A stretch of DNA of 64,000 nt, from contig JBEIPA010000014.1 in assembly GCA_040377305.1 (NCBI GenBank), positions 64,001 through 128,000 on the forward strand, in the 5' to 3' direction. The notes under the pieces were generated by a model that was not told the origin of the DNA, made no database searches, and saw only the letters and a program-made list of their open reading frames with translations. Source of the DNA: Flavobacteriales bacterium (GTDB taxonomy: Bacteria > Bacteroidota > Bacteroidia > Palsa-965). The position numbers were made by a program, and so were the translations under genes. This document shows, piece after piece, positions 45,998 through 57,139 of this stretch (position 1 is the stretch's first letter; the number at the start of each line of letters is the position of its first letter).

Positions 45998-46160
45998 ACC
46001 CCAGACCAGTTGGTTTTCCTTGGGGAAATGCAGTCTTTTTGTACCGAATGTGTAGAACTTAATGCCCGTTTCGTGGCAGTGTCGCGCAAGTGTCGGAAAC
46101 TGCTCGCGGCACTTTCCAGATGAAATTCAACCCCGGAATAGTTGTTGGTCTTTATGCAGT

Positions 46161-46646
46161 ATGAACTTACTAATCTCACTATTTATGATTGCTACCCTGA
46201 ATACTGCAGCCACCGAAAATAAACCCGTGAGCAAAATTGACCCTTTGAAATATGCAGGCAAATGGTATGTGATCGGGTGGATCCCCACAAAGTTTGATCG
46301 GAGTTGGGAAAACACAACTGAAACGTATACACTCAACGACAAAGGCAACTACGACATCTTCTCCGCGTACACCAGAGATGGAAAAAATAAATCGGTTCGT
46401 TCCAAAGGATTTCCTGATGAGAAACTCGGCAATGCTAGCTGGAAAGTTCAGTTTGTGTGGCCAATACGGGCCGACTATTGGGTGATAGAAATGGGTGAAG
46501 ACTATTCATACACCGTTGTAGGACATCCCAAGAATAAATTTCTATACATCATGTCACGTCAACCGCAAATGAGCGATTCACTATATGGTGCAATCACCGC
46601 CCGATGCGATGCAAAAGGATATAACACCGATAAACTTCGGAAGTAA
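46161..46646 (+). CDS. Lipocalin (Blc-like)
   Basis: KYAGKWY, YWVI...DY, YIMSR. Confidence 0.88.
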   Translation: MNLLISLFMIATLNTAATENKPVSKIDPLKYAGKWYVIGWIPTKFDRSWENTTETYTLNDKGNYDIFSAYTRDGKNKSVRSKGFPDEKLGNASWKVQFVWPIRADYWVIEMGEDYSYTVVGHPKNKFLYIMSRQPQMSDSLYGAITARCDAKGYNTDKLRK

Positions 46647-46656
46647 TCACAAGCTG

Positions 46657-47931
46657 CTAATCAGTAATCCGGGATGTCTTCTTCGTGTCTCGCATAAAGA
46701 AATACACGAGAAGTGAAATGAATATACATCCGGTGACGTACCAGTAGTAATACGATTCGTGGTTCGCATCCTTGAACAGAAGCGCGATTGACTCTGCCGT
46801 TCCACCGAATATTGCAACCGTAACTGCATACGGAAATCCAACGCCCAGTGCCCGTATTTCTGCAGGGAACAATTCGGCTTTCACGACTGCATTGATGGAA
46901 GTGTAGCCGCTCACAATCAGCAACGCGCACATCATCAAACCAAATGCTTCCCATTGTCCGCTTGCATGACTCAATGCCGTAAGCAGCGGCACTGTTGCAA
47001 TTGTTCCGAGCACACCAAAGCCAATCAGTAGTGGTCGTCGCCCGATCTTGTCGGAGAGCAATCCGAACAGCGGTTGTAAGCAGGCATATATCAGCAATGA
47101 CAGGAATGTGAGCAGGGTCGATTGATCTTTCGTGAGATGCACCGTATTCACCAAAAACTTCTGCATGTAGGTGGTATATGTGTAGAAAGCAATCGTTCCT
47201 CCCAGCGTGAGTCCAACCACGATCGCCACTGCTCGCGGATGCTTCATGAGTTCACGAATTGTTCCTGACTTTTTCGCTTTGGTTTCGTGGGCGTGTTTGA
47301 ACGCTTCTGTTTCATCCATCTGTGAACGCAGATACAATGCAGTTACAGACAACATCGCGCCTATTACAAAAGGTATTCTCCATCCCCATGCACTCAGTTC
47401 TTCCGGTGTGAGAATGAATTTCTGGAGAACCAGCTGAACACCCAACGCAAGTAATTGTCCGCCAATGAGGGTTACATACTGAAAGCTCGAATAAAATCCG
47501 CGTCGGTCGGATGTTGCCATTTCACTCAGGTACGTGGCTGATGTACCGTACTCTCCGCCTACACTCAATCCCTGCAACAAACGGGCGAGCAATAAGAGTA
47601 CTGGCGCTGCATAACCAATGCTTGCAAATCCAGGTGTACAGGCAATGAGTAATGAACCCAACGACATGAGTAACACAGAGAGTGTCATTGCTTGCTTTCG
47701 CCCGACCCGATCAGCGATACTTCCGAAAAGCCAACCACCTACAGGACGCATCAGAAATCCTACAGCGAATATTCCCGCTGAGTTAAGCAACTGCGCAGTC
47801 GGACTACTGTTCGGGAAAAATACCGGAGCGAAATAAAGTGAGAATGCTGAATACGCATACCAGTCGTACCACTCTACGAGGTTGCCGACAGAACCGGAAA
47901 AAATTGCTTTAAGTCGTGCGCGCTGTTCCAC
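46657..47931 (-). CDS. MHS-family MFS transporter (KgtP-like)
   Basis: GNLVEWYDW, GFLMRP, QGLSVGGEYG, KAELFP. Confidence 0.9.
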   Translation of the reverse strand: MEQRARLKAIFSGSVGNLVEWYDWYAYSAFSLYFAPVFFPNSSPTAQLLNSAGIFAVGFLMRPVGGWLFGSIADRVGRKQAMTLSVLLMSLGSLLIACTPGFASIGYAAPVLLLLARLLQGLSVGGEYGTSATYLSEMATSDRRGFYSSFQYVTLIGGQLLALGVQLVLQKFILTPEELSAWGWRIPFVIGAMLSVTALYLRSQMDETEAFKHAHETKAKKSGTIRELMKHPRAVAIVVGLTLGGTIAFYTYTTYMQKFLVNTVHLTKDQSTLLTFLSLLIYACLQPLFGLLSDKIGRRPLLIGFGVLGTIATVPLLTALSHASGQWEAFGLMMCALLIVSGYTSINAVVKAELFPAEIRALGVGFPYAVTVAIFGGTAESIALLFKDANHESYYYWYVTGCIFISLLVYFFMRDTKKTSRITD

Positions 47932-48022
47932 GAAACGTGAGTTTCCGTAAATGTATTAATGAATCGTCGCAAACGATACGGCGGAAGAAAAACATTCGTC
48001 GCCATTGCACCCTGTAAACGCA

Positions 48023-48054
48023 GACAGCGGACTAAATTTCTTTAGTCCGCTGTC
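48023..48054. terminator. Strong hairpin downstream of the SprB-repeat gene
   Basis: gacagcggactaaa...tttagtccgctgtc. Confidence 0.6.
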
Positions 48055-48080
48055 GTAATTATAGTAATCCGTAGTGCCTG

Positions 48081-49097
48081 TTACTGCTTGAACAACTTAA
48101 CTGTTGTTTTAGCTTCCCCTGCTCTAACTTCCAGCAGATACGCTCCTGAAGGATAATTTTCAAAGTTCATTTGAATAGTCGTTCCTTTCGGCGCATTGTA
48201 TTGCTTGCTCTCGAGCAGTTTACCTGTCACGTCGAACAGTGTAACCCACATAACTTGTCCTTCTACATGACCCACTTCAATGTTCGCTACATTGTTAATC
48301 GGGTTAGGATAAACGTGAAGGTAAATGCCCGCCGCGTTTGACTCAATTCCTGTAGGAGAAGTCACGACAATAGTATCCATGATTGTACAACCTTGCGCAT
48401 CAGTAGCTGTGACAGTATAAGAACCTGCAGTGAGATTGGTCGCAGTCTGAGTGGTTTGACCACTTGGTGTCCACAAGTACGAATAGCTGGGAGTACCGCC
48501 ACCAACGTTTGCAGATGCACTACCGTCTGTACACGCCTGGCAAGATGTAGGAACTGCTGACGTAGTAATTGTCATTGCGAGTGGTTGTGTTACTGTTGCT
48601 GCATTTGTTGTTGTGCAACCATTTGCATCTGTTACTAATACCGTGTAAGTTCCAGGGCATAGAGCTGAAGCGGTAGCTGTGATCTGATTTGCTGCTGTAG
48701 AGTCCCAGTCGAACTGGTAAGGCTGTGTTCCGCCAGAAGGAAGTACAGTCGCGTCTCCATCACAATCACCGTAGCAGGAAACTGCATTCGAAGAAGTTGT
48801 AGAAGTAAGGACCGCTGGCTCAGTGATCGTAACCGTTTCAGTTGTCTGACATGAGTTCGCGTCAGTCATTGTTACGGTGTGCGTTCCAGGACAAAGGTCC
48901 GTTGGATTCTGTACTGTTTGTCCGCCTGGTGCCCAGCTGAACGTGTATGGAGGAAATCCAACACCAGTTGCAGTTGCTTGTCCGTCGCATGCACCATTAC
49001 ACGTAACGTTTTGCACGCTGTTAATAATAATGGAGCACTGAGAATATGCTGCTGATCCAATCAGGAGCATTGAAAATAAAGTGTAGATCTTTTTCAT
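48081..49097 (-). CDS. SprB-repeat protein with T9SS sorting domain
   Basis: Three C...CDG.A....GG..PY..W...GTYTV.VTDA.GC repeats; YPNP CTD. Confidence 0.88.
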   Translation of the reverse strand: MKKIYTLFSMLLIGSAAYSQCSIIINSVQNVTCNGACDGQATATGVGFPPYTFSWAPGGQTVQNPTDLCPGTHTVTMTDANSCQTTETVTITEPAVLTSTTSSNAVSCYGDCDGDATVLPSGGTQPYQFDWDSTAANQITATASALCPGTYTVLVTDANGCTTTNAATVTQPLAMTITTSAVPTSCQACTDGSASANVGGGTPSYSYLWTPSGQTTQTATNLTAGSYTVTATDAQGCTIMDTIVVTSPTGIESNAAGIYLHVYPNPINNVANIEVGHVEGQVMWVTLFDVTGKLLESKQYNAPKGTTIQMNFENYPSGAYLLEVRAGEAKTTVKLFKQ

Positions 49098-49230
49098 GTT
49101 GTCGTTTTTTGGGTTTTGTTTTAGACGTACGATGTGTTTCGACTAATTTGTCGGTACATATTTAACGCTATAAAGGAGGGCAGGTCGCGCGAATTCGATA
49201 CTTAGCAGAATGGTGTCGACTTCTTGTAAG

Positions 49231-49264
49231 AAAAAGAGCCACTTCCTAAATCAGGAAGTGGCTC
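49231..49264 (-). terminator. Intrinsic terminator
   Basis: gagccacttcct...aggaagtggctc with A tract. Confidence 0.75.
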
Positions 49265-49285
49265 AAAACTCAGTATTTGGATTGC

Positions 49286-50899
49286 TTACCAACCGATGAT
49301 TCGGCCGGTCTGCGTAATTTCTTCTCCTTCATAAATAGTATAGACATAAACTCCTGATGGCAGGCCGCTGGTGTTAACTGTAGTCGTAGTCGCAGTAATT
49401 GGAATACACATTACTACTTCGCCCAACGTATTGTGCATGACAAAGGTTGTCGTGTTCATCACATTTTGCATCGTTACAGAAACCGATCCGTTAAATGGAT
49501 TTGGGAATACCGTAGCAACGGATGCATTTTGTGAGTTGTTACTAATATCGAGTGACAGACAATTCCCCGGGATCATTGGTGCGTTTGCAGTGGCAGCAGT
49601 TGTTGTCAAAGCGCCTACTGTAGTTAACGCGCGGCCATCGAATAATACTCCAGTGTTCAAAGCGCCAAGTGCGCCGTTATTGCACACGAGTGTTCCGCGG
49701 AATATTGAATAGTCGTCGATGTCTACTGCACCGTTAACAATCCAGTACACGTTTTTAGATTGCGCGCCGTTGATCAAAATAACATTGGAATAAGTACTTG
49801 TTGAAAACGCTCCGTACACCTGAATGACAAATGTAGCATTGGGATTTCCCTGTGCATTGAGATAAACCGAGTCGGTAAATGTTACCGCACCATTCATTAC
49901 ATATGTGTGGGGCGTAAGTACAAGACTGTTTCCAAATTGCGCGGGATACAACAATTCAATATCAGGCGAGAGTGCATTAAGGTAACTTGTTACAGACGTA
50001 AGGTCAGAAGCACATTGTGCAGTTGAGCCATCGGGTGTGAGGTGAATTGTTCCATTAACATTAAGTGAATTGAATCCAGTTGTTAAACCATTGTTAGTTC
50101 CTACATCACCTGTAACATACGTGGTTCCTGTGTTCGAAACGGGTCCGTTAGAGGAGAAGAGCGCATAACACGCTGTCGCACCAAGAAACGGTGCGAGAGG
50201 GCCTGTAAGTATTGGACTTCCGCAACCTACTGGCGTATACGCTAAGATTCCATCAATACTAACTGCACCGGCAGTAGTCATTGCACGACCTTCTAATGTG
50301 TCGTTCGTGCTCAGATTTACAGCAGCATTATTTGCGATAATTGTGCCGCGCATAAATACACCTGCTGCAAGACTAACGAGTCCTTCAACTTTCCAGTATA
50401 CATTGCATGCCTTGGCTCCGTTAAGAAGCATAACTTTTGCATTTGCATTCGCGGATAATGATGCTTGAATCTGAAAGATGAACACCGCATTGGTGTCGCC
50501 CTGTGCATTCAGATTAAGAATATCATTGATGACAGTTGCACCGCTGATTTCGTAAACTCCTTCAACAAGTGTTTGTCCATTGCCGAGTAATGCAGCAGGG
50601 AAATAATTGGGTACGGTTGCATTCAGTTGGTTGTATGCAATCAGCAAATCGACTGCAGCCTGCGAACTTTCAGGACCACCATCATGCATGTTGCCGTCCA
50701 CGTTTCCGAAGCCGGTACTTGATCCGTTGTTCGTTCCGACATTTCCCGTAAGGTGAGAGATGCCAGTATTGGTTACAGAACCGTTTGTTGAAAATAGTAC
50801 AAACGATGCAGTAGATCCAAGATTGGGTTGTGCTTGTAATGTTGCTGAAATCGTGAGCAATGAAAATGCGGCTAACGTAGTAAATATATGGGTCTTCAT
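49286..50899 (-). CDS. Tandem DUF3494 ice-binding-like protein with T9SS sorting domain
   Basis: Two repeats with LNAQG..NAVFIFQI / L.NGA...NVYW.V.G / G...GRA; FPNP CTD. Confidence 0.88.
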   Translation of the reverse strand: MKTHIFTTLAAFSLLTISATLQAQPNLGSTASFVLFSTNGSVTNTGISHLTGNVGTNNGSSTGFGNVDGNMHDGGPESSQAAVDLLIAYNQLNATVPNYFPAALLGNGQTLVEGVYEISGATVINDILNLNAQGDTNAVFIFQIQASLSANANAKVMLLNGAKACNVYWKVEGLVSLAAGVFMRGTIIANNAAVNLSTNDTLEGRAMTTAGAVSIDGILAYTPVGCGSPILTGPLAPFLGATACYALFSSNGPVSNTGTTYVTGDVGTNNGLTTGFNSLNVNGTIHLTPDGSTAQCASDLTSVTSYLNALSPDIELLYPAQFGNSLVLTPHTYVMNGAVTFTDSVYLNAQGNPNATFVIQVYGAFSTSTYSNVILINGAQSKNVYWIVNGAVDIDDYSIFRGTLVCNNGALGALNTGVLFDGRALTTVGALTTTAATANAPMIPGNCLSLDISNNSQNASVATVFPNPFNGSVSVTMQNVMNTTTFVMHNTLGEVVMCIPITATTTTVNTSGLPSGVYVYTIYEGEEITQTGRIIGW

Positions 50900-51088
50900 G
50901 TGTTTGGTTTTGGTAAAAGGAATTGTTCCTAATAGCAAATGTCATCCATGAGCAGACCTATTCCGTTACATAACGAACTCAATCCGTTACATCATTCACT
51001 CTTTACCACTCAGAAGCTCTTAAGGTCAGCCTACTGGAGAATAATTTGGCGGTAAGGTTGAGACCGAATTCAATCAATATCGCCGCAA

Positions 51089-51565
51089 TTAATGCACAGC
51101 GATTCGTCCGTCACATAGCATACGCAATATTTTCCGGACAGAATCATACGCCACCACATCGCGTACCATATAGTACGTGTCATCGTCTTCTGTGAGCAAC
51201 GCATCGTCAACTTTGCGTTTACCTGAGACAATTACAACAGGAACGTAGCCATTCTCCTTTCTGATGCTTCGGAGTAACCGCGCACCACACAAGGATCCAT
51301 TCCCCTGAGAAGCGAGATACTGATCCATGATAATTAGCTGAGGTTCCAACCAAAGATGCTTCACGCACTCTTCTCCGGTTGCAAAGCAATGAACATGATA
51401 GTTGTGGAATGGATTTTCCTTCGTCAATCGATAACCCAGCGCCATTAACGATGATTCCTCGTCGTCAACAATGAATACGTTGAAGTTTTCCTGTCGGGCC
51501 AACTCTCTCTTTCCGGAAATATGAATCGCGCCAAACATGATCAGATAGTTTAAGGTATTTGTCAA
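51089..51565 (-). CDS. Single-domain response regulator (atypical)
   Basis: IVDDE, IMDQ, VSG; conserved Lys not evident. Confidence 0.75.
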   Translation of the reverse strand: MTNTLNYLIMFGAIHISGKRELARQENFNVFIVDDEESSLMALGYRLTKENPFHNYHVHCFATGEECVKHLWLEPQLIIMDQYLASQGNGSLCGARLLRSIRKENGYVPVVIVSGKRKVDDALLTEDDDTYYMVRDVVAYDSVRKILRMLCDGRIAVH

Positions 51566-52260
51566 TCAATCCACTTCCCGTTTTGAATGTACTCCATTGT
51601 TTGAATCTGACCGGAATCTATACGCGAGGTGTTTACCCAGGTACGAATAACAATAACGCCACAAGCTATGCTGAGACCGAACCATAACCAATTCCACCAA
51701 TCACGAAACCCTCCCGTGTCTGCGACGATTGTTCCCGTTACAATTACCGCTATACTGAGAACTCCCATCGCAATCCATTTTGCTACTTTCGATTCCTGTC
51801 GTCTAACCTGAATTTTAATAGATGCCTTACGCACCTGATTGAGCAAACGAGCCAATCCGTTTTTATCCTTCGCAATAAAATCTACAGCACCCGCTTTGAT
51901 CGCAGTTACCGCAACTTCTGTATTCGCAGTTCCACTGAGGAAGATCACAGTTGCCTGATCATTCACCTGTCGAACTTTGCGGAGGACTTCAATCCCATTC
52001 ATCACACCTCCACTTCCGTCTGCACAGAGTCTGTAATCAAGAACAAAAATGTCGGGCTTTGATGTATGATAATTTTTGAAGCACTCCTCTCCCGATTGAT
52101 AACCGAGGACGCGACTGCCAGGAACTTTTTTAAGAGAGACTTCTATTGCCTGACGATACATCATGTCGTCATCGACAACTGCAATGCAAATACTTTCAGC
52201 TGGTGGTGGACTTGCCTTCCCGCCCGCATTTGGTTTCCGAAGTTGCTGAAGAGCTTTCAT
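51562..52260 (-). CDS. Response regulator with C-terminal TM helices
   Basis: VVDDD, VLDY, DFIAK then two hydrophobic segments. Confidence 0.8.
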   Translation of the reverse strand: MKALQQLRKPNAGGKASPPPAESICIAVVDDDMMYRQAIEVSLKKVPGSRVLGYQSGEECFKNYHTSKPDIFVLDYRLCADGSGGVMNGIEVLRKVRQVNDQATVIFLSGTANTEVAVTAIKAGAVDFIAKDKNGLARLLNQVRKASIKIQVRRQESKVAKWIAMGVLSIAVIVTGTIVADTGGFRDWWNWLWFGLSIACGVIVIRTWVNTSRIDSGQIQTMEYIQNGKWID

Positions 52261-52480
52261 GGTGATGGTGCATTATCTACAAAGGTAGATGGGCGCTGAT
52301 TCACCGTCCCTTCGTTTCGATAACTGACTCAAAGCGTCAGGTAATCCGTCAAAAAGCACAACTCATTGGGGATAGATGTCGAATAATCGAAACAAACAGA
52401 GGATCAACGGGGTTATTTGATAACCTTTGTTTACCGTAACGGGTATAACTTCCGGAGCGGTGAAAGAAGCCAGGATAATT

Positions 52481-55400
52481 ATGGCAGGATTTTCATTCAT
52501 TAAGTGGTTTCGAAATGTCTCCATTGCGAAGAAGCTTTACTTCACGATGGGCATCATGGCAGTACTCATTGCAATCGAGCTTGTAACGCTTGGATTCGCA
52601 ATAAGAACACTATCCTCTGTTCGTGCATTTGTTGGAGGTGAAGGTTTGTGGTCAAAGGCGCAGAAAGATGCGATCTATCATCTCGAACGTTACGGACACT
52701 CGCGCAACGAATCCGAATATTTGCTCTATCAGGAATTCATGAAAGTCCCCGATGGCGACTACAAGGCGCGTGTTGAACTTGAAAAACCAGAACCGAATCT
52801 CGAAATTGTTTATGACGGATTCAAACAAGGACGAAACCACGAAGACGACGTGGAAGGGATGGCGTGGCTCTTCCGCAATTTCTATTGGGTCAGTTACATC
52901 GGCGATGCAATTCAAATCTGGAGCGAAGCCGACAACCTGCGCATGCAACTCCTTCCAATTGCTGATAAGCTTCACAACACGATTCAGTCAGGAACCGCAA
53001 CGCAGGAAGAGATCGATGCAATTCTTCACGAGATCGCTCCAATCAATAATCAGCTAACCCGTGTAGAAGACAACTTCTCCTTTACGCTTGGTGAGGGTTC
53101 TCGTTGGCTCGAGAATCTCATCATGAAAATTTTGTTGTCACTCGCGCTTACTGTCGAAGTCAGCGGATTGTTGCTCACCATTTCTGTCACACGGCGAATG
53201 CAGAAAGGCCTGAACGAGATTATTATCACATCCGAGAAAATTTCTCAGGGAGATGCATATGCACGTGCACGTGTGTTCTCGAAAGATGAAATTGGTCAGC
53301 TTGCAGAGTCATTCAACACCATGACCGATGAGCTTCAGCAAAATATTTATGCTCTTGGTGCCTCGCAGGCTATGTTAAAAACGAGCGAGGAAAGAATGGG
53401 CCTGCTCGTCGACAATATCAAGGACTACGCAATTGTAATGCTCGATCCGGAAGGAAATATTCTCAGTTGGAACGAAGGCGCATCGGGAATCAGCGGTTAC
53501 AAATCGGAAGAAATTGTTGGGAAGCACGTTTCGACCTTCTACACACAGGAAGATATTAGCAAGGGCATTCCTGTTGATAATCTTCTGGCGTCGAGTGAGC
53601 GTGGTGAAATGCAAACAGAAGGCTGGCAGCGACGAAAAGACGGTACGCTATTCTGGGCACACGTAACGATTACGCGATTAGTGGACGAAGAGAAGAAGAT
53701 GCGCGGGTATGTGCAAATTACACGCGACATCACCGAACAGATGCGTGCAGAAACTGCAGTTCGGCAGAGTCGTGCCCAACTCGCCATGTCGCAACAACTT
53801 GCGCACATCGGATCATGGGAATTGGATCTTGAAACAAAATCGCTCAACTGGTCAGATGAGTTGTACCACATCTACGGACAAACTCACGAGGAAATTAAGT
53901 TTGATCGTATGTTTTTGCTTACGCATCCTGCCGATCGTGAATTTGTGATGAATACGATTCTCGATGCTGTTAACAAACATTCGTCGTTCGATTTCCGCAG
54001 AAGAATTATCCGGACCGATGGCGCTGTGCGTACGTTGCATTCATTGGGAGAAGTAATTTACAATGAATCCGGAACCGCCGTGAAAATGATTGGGGCTGAT
54101 CAGGACATCACCGATCGTATACACGAAGAGGAAATGGAAAAGTTAGCGATGGCGGCAACGAAATCGTTCAACTCCGTAATCATTGCGAACAATGAAGGAA
54201 AAATTGAGTGGGTAAACGAAGGGTTCACCAAGCTCACGGGATATACATTTGAAGAGGTTCAGAATACACACGGAGAGCTGCTTCGTCGTGGTGGACTTAC
54301 GGGCTTGTCCCGCGAAATGATTGATTACCAAAAATTACTTCAGGACAATAAGCCCGTAGTTTACGAGAGCAAAAATTATTCGAAGAACGGGCACGAGTAT
54401 TGGGTGATCACTACCTTGACTCCTGTAATTGGTCATGACGGAAAAATCGAACGTATCATCGCAATTGATTCTGACATTTCCGAGCGCAAAAAGGTCGAAG
54501 AAGATCTTATTCTGTCCAACCGGATTGCCGAACACTCACTGAAAAAAGGGAACAAAGCACTTACTGATTTGCTGCGTGCTAAGAAAGAGCTCGAAGAATC
54601 GATGACTGTGAAGGAGCAATTCCTCGCGAAAATGAGTCACGAGATCCGAACGCCAATGAACGCAATTGTAGGCTTGTCGGATATTCTCATGGAATCTCCT
54701 CTCACTTCGGAACAGCATGAGTGCATGGATGCGATTCGTCTTTCATCGCATAACCTGCTTTCTATTATCAATGACATTCTGGACTTCTCCCGACTGAGTT
54801 CCGGTAAAATGGATCTCGAATCACTTCCATTCCGACCAACAGAAGTCGCACAGGGAGTATTGCGCACGGTTGGTTTCTCTGCTACGCAAAAGGGAATTGA
54901 ACTTTCTGTTGAGGCCGATGAAGTGAAACTCCCGGAATACGTTGTGGGCGACAGTGTACGTCTCAGGCAGATTCTGATTAATCTCGTTGGCAATGCAATT
55001 AAGTTTACTGAAAAAGGCAAAATCACTATCCGTGTAAAAGTTCTGGAAGAGTTTGACGGAAAAATCACCTTGCAGTTTACGGTTAGTGATACGGGAATCG
55101 GAATTCCGAAAGACCGACTCGATACAATTTTCGACAGCTTTACACAAGCGAGCAACGAAACTTCCCGGAAGTATGGTGGAAGTGGACTGGGGCTAACTAT
55201 TGTAAAACAGCTTGCAGAGCTACACAACGGTTCTGTGAGTGTGGAGAGCACCATTGGCAGCGGTTCTATGTTCATGGTGAATCTTCAATACGCTATTTCC
55301 GGAGCAATGCCATTCGGACCGGAAGAACAGCATCAATCAGTTCAGGAATCTTCGCTCGATGGAAAACGCATTCTTCTCGCGGAAGACAATGAAATGAACC

Positions 55401-56134
55401 AGATGCTTGCGCGCCGGGTATTTGAGAAATGGAACTTTACACTTGAAATTGCAGGCAACGGCAAGATTGCTGTTGAACGTCTTGCGAAAGAACATTTTGA
55501 TCTGGTTCTGATGGATGTTCAGATGCCTGAGATGGACGGATACACAACCACGCAATATATCCGCACCCAAATGCCGAAAGAAAAATCAGGCATTCCTATT
55601 ATTGCGATGACCGCGCACGCCATTGTTGGTGAAGCAGAAAAATGTATTTCACTAGGCATGAACGATTACATTTCGAAACCATTCAATCGGAATGTTCTCT
55701 ACGAAAAGATCTGCGCATTACTGAAGCAACAACCTGCAGAAGAAGCGAAGAGCGAAGAAAAAACGGTGACGAGAAAATCCTCCTACGAAGTAATCGATCT
55801 CTCCTACCTAACTGAGCTCGCAGAAGGCAGCGAGGTTTTTATACAGAAAATGATTCGGGCTTTTCTGTTGCAGACTCCACAACTCATTCAACAAATGAAA
55901 CAGGGTGTTGCACTCAACAACTGGCAGGAAGTTCGCGCGGCGGCACACAAGATGAAACCGTCCATGGATTTTATTGGCATACACTCCCTCAGATCCGTTG
56001 TTGCGGACATTGAGAACGATGCACACAGTGAAGAAAATCTCGACAAGATTCCCACTATGGTTGCAGAAGTTGAAACCGTGTGCGACAAAGCAATGCAGGA
56101 ATTGGAATCTATGCTTGCCACAGAGCACAAGTAA
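52481..56134 (+). CDS. Hybrid histidine kinase (HAMP, 3 PAS, HisKA, HATPase, REC, Hpt)
   Basis: MSHEIRTPMN, NLVGNAIKF, GSGLGL, LMDVQMP, AHKMK. Confidence 0.95.
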   Translation: MAGFSFIKWFRNVSIAKKLYFTMGIMAVLIAIELVTLGFAIRTLSSVRAFVGGEGLWSKAQKDAIYHLERYGHSRNESEYLLYQEFMKVPDGDYKARVELEKPEPNLEIVYDGFKQGRNHEDDVEGMAWLFRNFYWVSYIGDAIQIWSEADNLRMQLLPIADKLHNTIQSGTATQEEIDAILHEIAPINNQLTRVEDNFSFTLGEGSRWLENLIMKILLSLALTVEVSGLLLTISVTRRMQKGLNEIIITSEKISQGDAYARARVFSKDEIGQLAESFNTMTDELQQNIYALGASQAMLKTSEERMGLLVDNIKDYAIVMLDPEGNILSWNEGASGISGYKSEEIVGKHVSTFYTQEDISKGIPVDNLLASSERGEMQTEGWQRRKDGTLFWAHVTITRLVDEEKKMRGYVQITRDITEQMRAETAVRQSRAQLAMSQQLAHIGSWELDLETKSLNWSDELYHIYGQTHEEIKFDRMFLLTHPADREFVMNTILDAVNKHSSFDFRRRIIRTDGAVRTLHSLGEVIYNESGTAVKMIGADQDITDRIHEEEMEKLAMAATKSFNSVIIANNEGKIEWVNEGFTKLTGYTFEEVQNTHGELLRRGGLTGLSREMIDYQKLLQDNKPVVYESKNYSKNGHEYWVITTLTPVIGHDGKIERIIAIDSDISERKKVEEDLILSNRIAEHSLKKGNKALTDLLRAKKELEESMTVKEQFLAKMSHEIRTPMNAIVGLSDILMESPLTSEQHECMDAIRLSSHNLLSIINDILDFSRLSSGKMDLESLPFRPTEVAQGVLRTVGFSATQKGIELSVEADEVKLPEYVVGDSVRLRQILINLVGNAIKFTEKGKITIRVKVLEEFDGKITLQFTVSDTGIGIPKDRLDTIFDSFTQASNETSRKYGGSGLGLTIVKQLAELHNGSVSVESTIGSGSMFMVNLQYAISGAMPFGPEEQHQSVQESSLDGKRILLAEDNEMNQMLARRVFEKWNFTLEIAGNGKIAVERLAKEHFDLVLMDVQMPEMDGYTTTQYIRTQMPKEKSGIPIIAMTAHAIVGEAEKCISLGMNDYISKPFNRNVLYEKICALLKQQPAEEAKSEEKTVTRKSSYEVIDLSYLTELAEGSEVFIQKMIRAFLLQTPQLIQQMKQGVALNNWQEVRAAAHKMKPSMDFIGIHSLRSVVADIENDAHSEENLDKIPTMVAEVETVCDKAMQELESMLATEHK

Positions 56135-56298
56135 TCCGCGTAGCCAGAAATGTTGTCGGGTTGCACCGATAACTTGAGTTCCCAGTGTAGAACTCTTGGT
56201 TGCACCCCCGTATTACTACGGGATATTGCGCAGGTATGCAACTTCACATTTTGTTTTTCGTACTACAAAACGGCAGTAGTATTCACACCAAACACACT

Positions 56299-56991
56299 AT
56301 GAATTGTCTCATAATTGACGACGACGACCTAAGCCGTATTGACCTTGAGAAAAAAGTTGCGAAAGTTTCTTTCCTTAAGCTCGTAGGTTCTTGCGTTTCT
56401 GCGTCAGGTGCACCTGATATTCTGCTGAACAATCGTGTTGACTTGCTCATACTTGACGTGATGATGCCCGGAATTTCCGGAATTCAGTTTCTCGAGAACT
56501 TAACTGAGCGTACATTGCAGGTGATACTTGTATCCAGCGATATGCGTTATGCGGTCAACGGTTTCGATCATTCTGTCGCCGATTTTCTTGTGAAACCAAT
56601 CACCGACGAGCGTTTTCTCAAAGCAGCGATGCGTTCCTATTCTTTACATCATAAACCCAATGGTAAAGAAACATTTCAGAAAGATCATCTCTTCGTGAAA
56701 TCGAACGGAGTTCATGTTCGCGTTATGACCAGTTCCATTTTCTACATTGAAGCGCAGCCCGATCATCTCGACATTGTAACTGAATCCGGAGTATATAAAG
56801 TACACGCGACTTTGAAAAGTGTTGCAGAAAGCATTCCGCTCGATCAGTTTTTTCGCGTACATAATTCCTTCATCGTTAATCTTCAGAAAATTTCAGGCCT
56901 TGATGGAAATTTTGTGCTGATCGGGAAGAAGACTATTCCGGTTAGCAGATCGCGTCAAAAAGAACTGCTAAACAGGATCAATATGATCTGA
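56299..56991 (+). CDS. LytTR-family response regulator
   Basis: IIDDD, LDVMMP, FFRVHNSFIVN. Confidence 0.9.
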   Translation: MNCLIIDDDDLSRIDLEKKVAKVSFLKLVGSCVSASGAPDILLNNRVDLLILDVMMPGISGIQFLENLTERTLQVILVSSDMRYAVNGFDHSVADFLVKPITDERFLKAAMRSYSLHHKPNGKETFQKDHLFVKSNGVHVRVMTSSIFYIEAQPDHLDIVTESGVYKVHATLKSVAESIPLDQFFRVHNSFIVNLQKISGLDGNFVLIGKKTIPVSRSRQKELLNRINMI

Positions 56992-57139
56992 TCTTATACA
57001 GATACACAGGTTTTTCAGCAAAGCACCGACACTTCACGTCTATACATCGACTGGTCCTTTACCTTCCTTAGCACTCCCCGTATAAGGATCAACAGATATA
57101 CACCTACAGGTAAATATCGGTTAGGAATAATCAAAATAA

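Noticed and set aside
56216-56233. Third WYL operator (TTGCGCAG)
   Set aside because: Only a half site, with wrong spacing to the partial left arm
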